In this document: one piece after another, positions 62,101 through 64,000 of the stretch
Layout of the letters: the number at the start of each line of letters is the position of its first letter
How positions within the stretch are numbered: position 1 is the first letter of the stretch
DNA from: Malacoraja senta
Lineage: Eukaryota
DNA length: 64,000 bases
NCBI GenBank assembly: GCA_038087875.1
Contig: CM075999.1
Coordinates: 434,001 to 498,000 of the forward strand
Reading direction: 5' to 3'
The notes under the pieces: model-generated
Database searches by the model: none
Told to the model about the DNA's origin: nothing
The model's input: the letters and a program-made list of their open reading frames with translations, nothing else
Position numbers and translations under genes: made by a program

Positions 62101-63692
62101 AGTGGGACAGGCAGCATCTCTGGAAAGTAAGGATAGAAGGATGGGAAACATCTCCCATTCCTTCTATTCGGAGATGCTGCCTGTCCCGCTTCTATCTTCA
62201 GGATTCACCAGTAACCAGGCTTGAGTCGACCAAATAAGATAAAAAATCTTTCAACTGGTCACTATTACAGTAATGGCGATTTCAGGGAAAAGAGCAATCT
62301 TCACAAAAGAAGTGAGATACTGACCACAACGGGTTATTGATTGGGGACGATCAGCCGTGATCACAATGAATGGCGGTGCTGGCTAGAAGGGCCGAATGGC
62401 CTCCTCCTTCACCTATTTTCTATGTTTCTATGTTTCTATGATGTGCTCGAGTATCTCAGCGGGTCCGTCGGCATATCTGGAGAACATGGCTTGGCAGAGT
62501 TTTGGGTTGGGCCCTTCTCAGACTGATTGCAGTCGGGGTGAGAAAGCTGCAAGAGAGGTGGAAAGGGGATGACAACGTGTGGCAAGTGATGCGAGGATAT
62601 AAGTGATGGGGAGGGTGCAGTTGATTGGCAAATGGTTGCTGAAATCTCCAGAGATGAAAAGACAAAAGGTTCAATACAGGGAATTAGGCGTAGAAGTCAA
62701 ATTAATTATGAAAGTTGAGGAAGCATAGTGGAAGGGGAGAATGGAGGGAGGGGACGGGTGGAAGGGAAAGCGGAAAATGGGTGCATATTCAGGTGTAGCA
62801 CAGGGAAGAGTCAGGGAAATTGATGGGGAAGGGGGGCATTTGTAGGTTGACATGTAAAATTGAACAACTCATTTTTCATACAGTTAGTTTGTAGGTCACG
62901 TAAAATTATTCATATTGTTAGGCTCCAAACATACACATCAGATTATGAGGTGCTTTTCCTCCAGCTTAAATGTGGTCTCCCACTGGCTATCGATCAGGCT
63001 CGACACAGACACGTCGACATGGGAATGGGAAGGGGAGTTAAAATGTTTTGCAACCGGGAAACCCAGCAGACCTTGGTCGACCCTGCACCTGTGCGGAAAA
63101 AAATGGTCACCTAGACGATGCTGGGACTTGCCGATATAAAGGAGACCACATCTAGAGCAGCAAATGCAGGAGATGGGTTTAGAGACTGGTGTGTGAATTT
63201 TAAGAATGAGGGGCACTCTCTCCTGGGTCAGTCTGGGTGAAGGGGATGCAAGAGCAGAAATATAGGAGACGTGGGTGAGGGATCCATCTGAGACAGCACA
63301 GGGTAATCCACATCTACTAAAAAAAGGACAAATCAGATGCCTAGAATGGGAAAGCATCATGGAATCAGATGCGACGGAGATGAATAAACTGAGTATTGGA
63401 TTTCTCTGACAATTACTTCTACCGCTGTAAAAAGCCACAGCAACATTTCAGGTGTGCTCTTTCTAACATTGCAACTACTTTGCACTAATTTCTTTTGATA
63501 AATGTCTTTTGCTTTTTTGCAGAGAGGTCATGGCTAACAGTACCAGAGTGACAGCTGATTGTTCATTCCAAAATATATCCACCATGGAACCCATCAAGCA
63601 AGAAGTGGTTTATGATGTATTTAGAGAGAGGACCCATAACATTACTGCACTGGGACAATATCCATTGCAAAGCGACAGCCTCCATGTAGAAG
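453..63692 (+). CDS. MUC16-like: Internal part of a giant tandem SEA-domain (MUC16-like) glycoprotein gene: 92 exons, 23 SEA repeats, ~2,937 aa, open at both ends
   Basis: Repeated GT-AG exons of 27/110-122/68/170 nt with compatible phases splice into one frame. Translation such as YNVTFIVDNL...LTDLFENSSINATFLKCAVKSFR...C...INREKIYAVFSEKTNDISAMGPYVLQRYSLYVN resembles the MUC16 SEA repeat as I recall it (FTLNFTITNL...LKPLFKNTSVGPLYSGCRLTLLR...C...LNREQLYWELSKLTNDIEELGPYTLDRNSLYVNG), including the Cys pair. Orthology is not proven. Confidence 0.88.
1348..1553. mobile_element. Inverted (palindromic) Penelope-like terminal fragment, copy 1
   Basis: ~85-bp arms centred on ACCCTTC|GAAGGGT (1468/1469), inserted in the GIY-YIG relic. 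Confidence 0.75.
2477..5746 (+). CDS. SEA repeat 2 (type Y, family 1)
   Basis: Exons 2477-2503, 2939-3054, 3150-3217, 5577-5746; GYTVPPVVI-VPVKESKPTTYNVTFIVDSL...-LTDLFENSSINATFWRCVVESFR-EEMVNNAKVTAKC...SLYVN. Confidence 0.87.
3748..4865. mobile_element. 1.1-kb foldback (long-palindrome, non-autonomous DNA-transposon-like) element, copy 1
   Basis: The left end CGGAAGTGGCGTCAAAGGACGAGAAGCCGAAGC is the near reverse complement of the right end GCTTCGGCTTCTCGTTCTTCGACGCCACATCCG. The arms pair for ~460 bp, with an inner stem at ~4264-4291/4322-4349. Subterminal CCGAA-rich short repeats; no transposase; no clear TSD. Confidence 0.8.
4884..5440 (-). mobile_element. Paralogous Penelope-like GIY-YIG relic in the Y intron (representative)
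   Basis: TATGAGGT..TTC.TCCAGTTT.AGTGTGGCCTCACTCTGG...GGGAATGGGAAGGGGAG aligns with the X-intron relic; the minus frame gives TYCICSTV. Its terminal part is at ~3377-3730. Present in all 11 Y introns, e.g. 28190-28670. Confidence 0.8.
5172..5262 (+). repeat. 29-bp minisatellite x3 inserted with a 16-bp target duplication
   Basis: Unit AAATACACCTGGACCATTTCCGACCACTC (anchors at 5181, 5210, 5239); flanked by CTCTATCTTTGCTCTG at 5156-5171 and 5263-5278; absent from the other units. Confidence 0.9.
6055..6445 (-). mobile_element. Penelope-like 3' terminal fragment with a hammerhead-like core, in the intron before each X micro-exon (representative)
   Basis: GTGCT(A/G)GAGTAACTCAG..GTCAGGCAGCATC..TGGAGAAC...GTGACATTTC...CCTTCTTCAGACTG. 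Also near 69-425, 12190, 18350, 24433, 29285, 34552, 39830, 45104, 50360, 55628 and 60906. Confidence 0.7.
6471..8389 (+). CDS. SEA repeat 3 (X, family 1)
   Basis: Exons 6471-6497, 6659-6780, 6871-6938, 8220-8389. Confidence 0.87.
7600..7800. mobile_element. Inverted Penelope-like terminal fragment, copy 2
   Basis: Flanked by ACATCAGATTATGAG (7585-7599) and ACATCTAATTATGAG (7801-7815), a TSD-like duplication; family 2 shows the empty site. Confidence 0.75.
8719..11880 (+). CDS. SEA repeat 4 (Y, family 1)
   Basis: Exons 8719-8745, 9186-9295 (distal AG only), 9391-9458, 11711-11880. Confidence 0.85.
9988..11106. mobile_element. Foldback element, copy 2
   Basis: Homologous position and sequence to copy 1. 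Confidence 0.8.
12602..14548 (+). CDS. SEA repeat 5 (X, family 1)
   Basis: Exons 12602-12628, 12790-12911, 13005-13072, 14379-14548. Confidence 0.87.
13751..13956. mobile_element. Inverted Penelope-like terminal fragment, copy 3
   Basis: Same structure as copies 1-2. Confidence 0.75.
14879..18040 (+). CDS. SEA repeat 6 (Y, family 1)
   Basis: Exons 14879-14905, 15346-15455 (distal AG only), 15551-15618, 17871-18040. Confidence 0.85.
16148..17266. mobile_element. Foldback element, copy 3
   Basis: Nearly identical to copy 2 (offset 6160). Confidence 0.8.
18766..20712 (+). CDS. SEA repeat 7 (X, family 1)
   Basis: Exons 18766-18792, 18954-19075, 19169-19236, 20543-20712. Confidence 0.87.
19915..20120. 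mobile_element. Inverted Penelope-like terminal fragment, copy 4
   Basis: Same structure as copies 1-2. Confidence 0.75.
21043..24122 (+). CDS. SEA repeat 8 (Y, family 1)
   Basis: Exons 21043-21069, 21511-21620 (distal AG only), 21716-21783, 23953-24122. Confidence 0.85.
22313..23349. mobile_element. Foldback element, copy 4 (81-bp deletion in the right arm)
   Basis: 1037 bp versus 1118 bp; deletion at ~23229 between CTTTC microhomologies. Confidence 0.8.
24848..26791 (+). CDS. SEA repeat 9 (X, family 1/family 2 chimera)
   Basis: Exons 24848-24874, 25036-25157, 25251-25318 (family 1 sequence) and 26622-26791 (family 2 sequence, EVMANSTRV...). Confidence 0.87.
25993..26198. mobile_element. 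Inverted Penelope-like terminal fragment, copy 5
   Basis: Same structure as copies 1-2. Confidence 0.75.
27123..28968 (+). CDS. SEA repeat 10 (Y, family 2)
   Basis: Exons 27123-27149, 27584-27699, 27795-27862, 28799-28968. Confidence 0.87.
28090..28184. mobile_element. Truncated end of a PIF/Harbinger-like MITE (family 2 Y introns)
   Basis: Ends AAGTGGGACAGGCCC (reverse complement GGGCCTGTCCCACTT) with internal GTCGCC repeats; other copies end at 33457, 38735, 44008, 49264, 54533 and 59811. The superfamily call is from memory of the terminal motif. Confidence 0.55.
29690..32064 (+). CDS. SEA repeat 11 (X, family 2)
   Basis: Exons 29690-29716, 29880-30001, 30094-30161, 31895-32064. Confidence 0.87.
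30328..30822 (+). mobile_element. Composite ~495-bp insertion in family 2 X introns: unknown 5' part, Penelope-like end with a small hairpin, CR1-type 3' tail
   Basis: Ends GAAGGGCCGAATGGCCTCCTCC...(TTTCTATG)x3; family 1 shows the empty site ACATGATGTGCTGG. Other copies start near 35595, 40871, 46137, 51402, 56671 and 61947. Confidence 0.7.
32396..34235 (+). CDS. SEA repeat 12 (Y, family 2)
   Basis: Exons 32396-32422, 32857-32972, 33068-33135, 34066-34235. Confidence 0.87.
34958..37342 (+). CDS. SEA repeat 13 (X, family 2)
   Basis: Exons 34958-34984, 35148-35269, 35362-35429, 37173-37342. Confidence 0.87.
36090..37040 (-). mobile_element. Degenerate 5'-truncated Penelope-like retroelement (GIY-YIG endonuclease C-terminus plus 3' terminal region); representative X-intron copy
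   Basis: Minus ORF 36588-37088 contains ISCICCSRCGLLYIGKSQHRLGDHFFPHRCRVDQG...PVAKDFNSPSHS...KLEEKHLI, a CxxC-LYIG GIY-YIG pattern with catalytic-region decay. The relic is in every X intron, near 1.0-1.9, 7.1-8.1, 13.2-14.3, 19.4-20.4, 25.5-26.5, 30.8-31.8, 41.4-42.3, 46.6-47.6, 51.9-52.8, 57.2-58.1 and 62.4-63.4 kb. Confidence 0.85.
37674..39513 (+). CDS. SEA repeat 14 (Y, family 2)
   Basis: Exons 37674-37700, 38135-38250, 38346-38413, 39344-39513. Confidence 0.87.
40233..42616 (+). CDS. SEA repeat 15 (X, family 2)
   Basis: Exons 40233-40259, 40423-40544, 40637-40704, 42447-42616. Confidence 0.87.
42948..44786 (+). CDS. SEA repeat 16 (Y, family 2)
   Basis: Exons 42948-42974, 43409-43524, 43620-43687, 44617-44786. 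Confidence 0.87.
45499..47872 (+). CDS. SEA repeat 17 (X, family 2)
   Basis: Exons 45499-45525, 45689-45810, 45903-45970, 47703-47872. Confidence 0.87.
48204..50042 (+). CDS. SEA repeat 18 (Y, family 2)
   Basis: Exons 48204-48230, 48665-48780, 48876-48943, 49873-50042. Confidence 0.87.
50765..53141 (+). CDS. SEA repeat 19 (X, family 2)
   Basis: Exons 50765-50791, 50955-51076, 51169-51236, 52972-53141. Confidence 0.87.
53473..55311 (+). CDS. SEA repeat 20 (Y, family 2, with a family 1-type micro-exon)
   Basis: Exons 53473-53499, 53934-54049, 54145-54212, 55142-55311. Confidence 0.87.
56034..58418 (+). CDS. SEA repeat 21 (X, family 2)
   Basis: Exons 56034-56060, 56224-56345, 56438-56505, 58249-58418. 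Confidence 0.87.
58750..60589 (+). CDS. SEA repeat 22 (Y, family 2)
   Basis: Exons 58750-58776, 59211-59326, 59422-59489, 60420-60589. Confidence 0.87.
61309..63692 (+). CDS. SEA repeat 23 (X, family 2)
   Basis: Exons 61309-61335, 61499-61620, 61713-61780, 63523-63692; the next micro-exon is expected just beyond the window end. Confidence 0.87.
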
Positions 63693-64000
63693 GTACTTAT
63701 CAAAATAATCCTCAATTTTTTTCTATGTATTCTTTTACATGCAATCTACCGTAGATGTTGATGGAGTCAAGTCCTTTGGTAATTACATATTCAGATCCGG
63801 GAGGATCAGGTATGATGTCCGATGGGCTTTGGGAAAGTGAATCTTGAAGTCATTCATGAAAGTCATCCTGACTAACAGGAGGGAGAAATAGGCACGAGTC
63901 CAGTTGGGTCACCGGAGAGGGAGGTGGGGTGGGGTGCGATTTGTTCGAGGATACTTAAAATTGGAAAACTCAAAGTTCATACTGTTGGTTGTAAACTGTC

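Larger units (their letters stand above)
26601..64000. repeat. Tandem array family 2, X-Y unit of ~5.27 kb, ~7.1 copies
   Basis: Homologous exon starts 26622, 31895, 37173, 42447, 47703, 52972, 58249, 63523 give periods 5273, 5278, 5274, 5256, 5269, 5277, 5274. Confidence 0.95.

Noticed and set aside
1-64000. Array of separate paralogous genes, or a non-coding macrosatellite
   Set aside because: No unit has a start, signal-peptide or terminal exon. Phases join continuously from unit to unit, and the indels I saw fall only in introns, as expected for one gene with a maintained reading frame.

Overview
Vertebrate genomic DNA, probably a cartilaginous fish such as a skate or ray (inferred from the repeat content). 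The whole 64 kb lies inside one large + strand intron-exon gene; no start, stop, signal peptide or TM segment is visible in the window. The ORF track misses the gene because it is split into 92 small exons. The exons form 23 tandem 4-exon modules of 27 nt + 110-122 nt + 68 nt + 170 nt, all GT-AG, with phases 1-1-0-2-1. They splice into one frame of about 2,937 aa made of 23 MUC16-type SEA domains, and I found no stop or frameshift by manual reading. Two domain types (X and Y) strictly alternate, so the genomic unit is an X-Y dimer. That unit is about 6.1-6.2 kb in family 1 (to ~26.6 kb) and about 5.27 kb in family 2, with a 21,076-bp higher-order duplication on top. Unlike human MUC16, the domains have no Ser/Thr-rich spacer, only a 9-codon micro-exon. 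The introns carry co-amplified relics: antisense Penelope-like GIY-YIG fragments with hammerhead-like motifs, a 1.1-kb foldback palindrome, a 200-bp inverted Penelope end, CR1-type tails and a Harbinger-like end. These relics, a chimeric junction, a micro gene-conversion tract and rescued splice-acceptor mutations record how the array evolved. All coordinates were read by hand.
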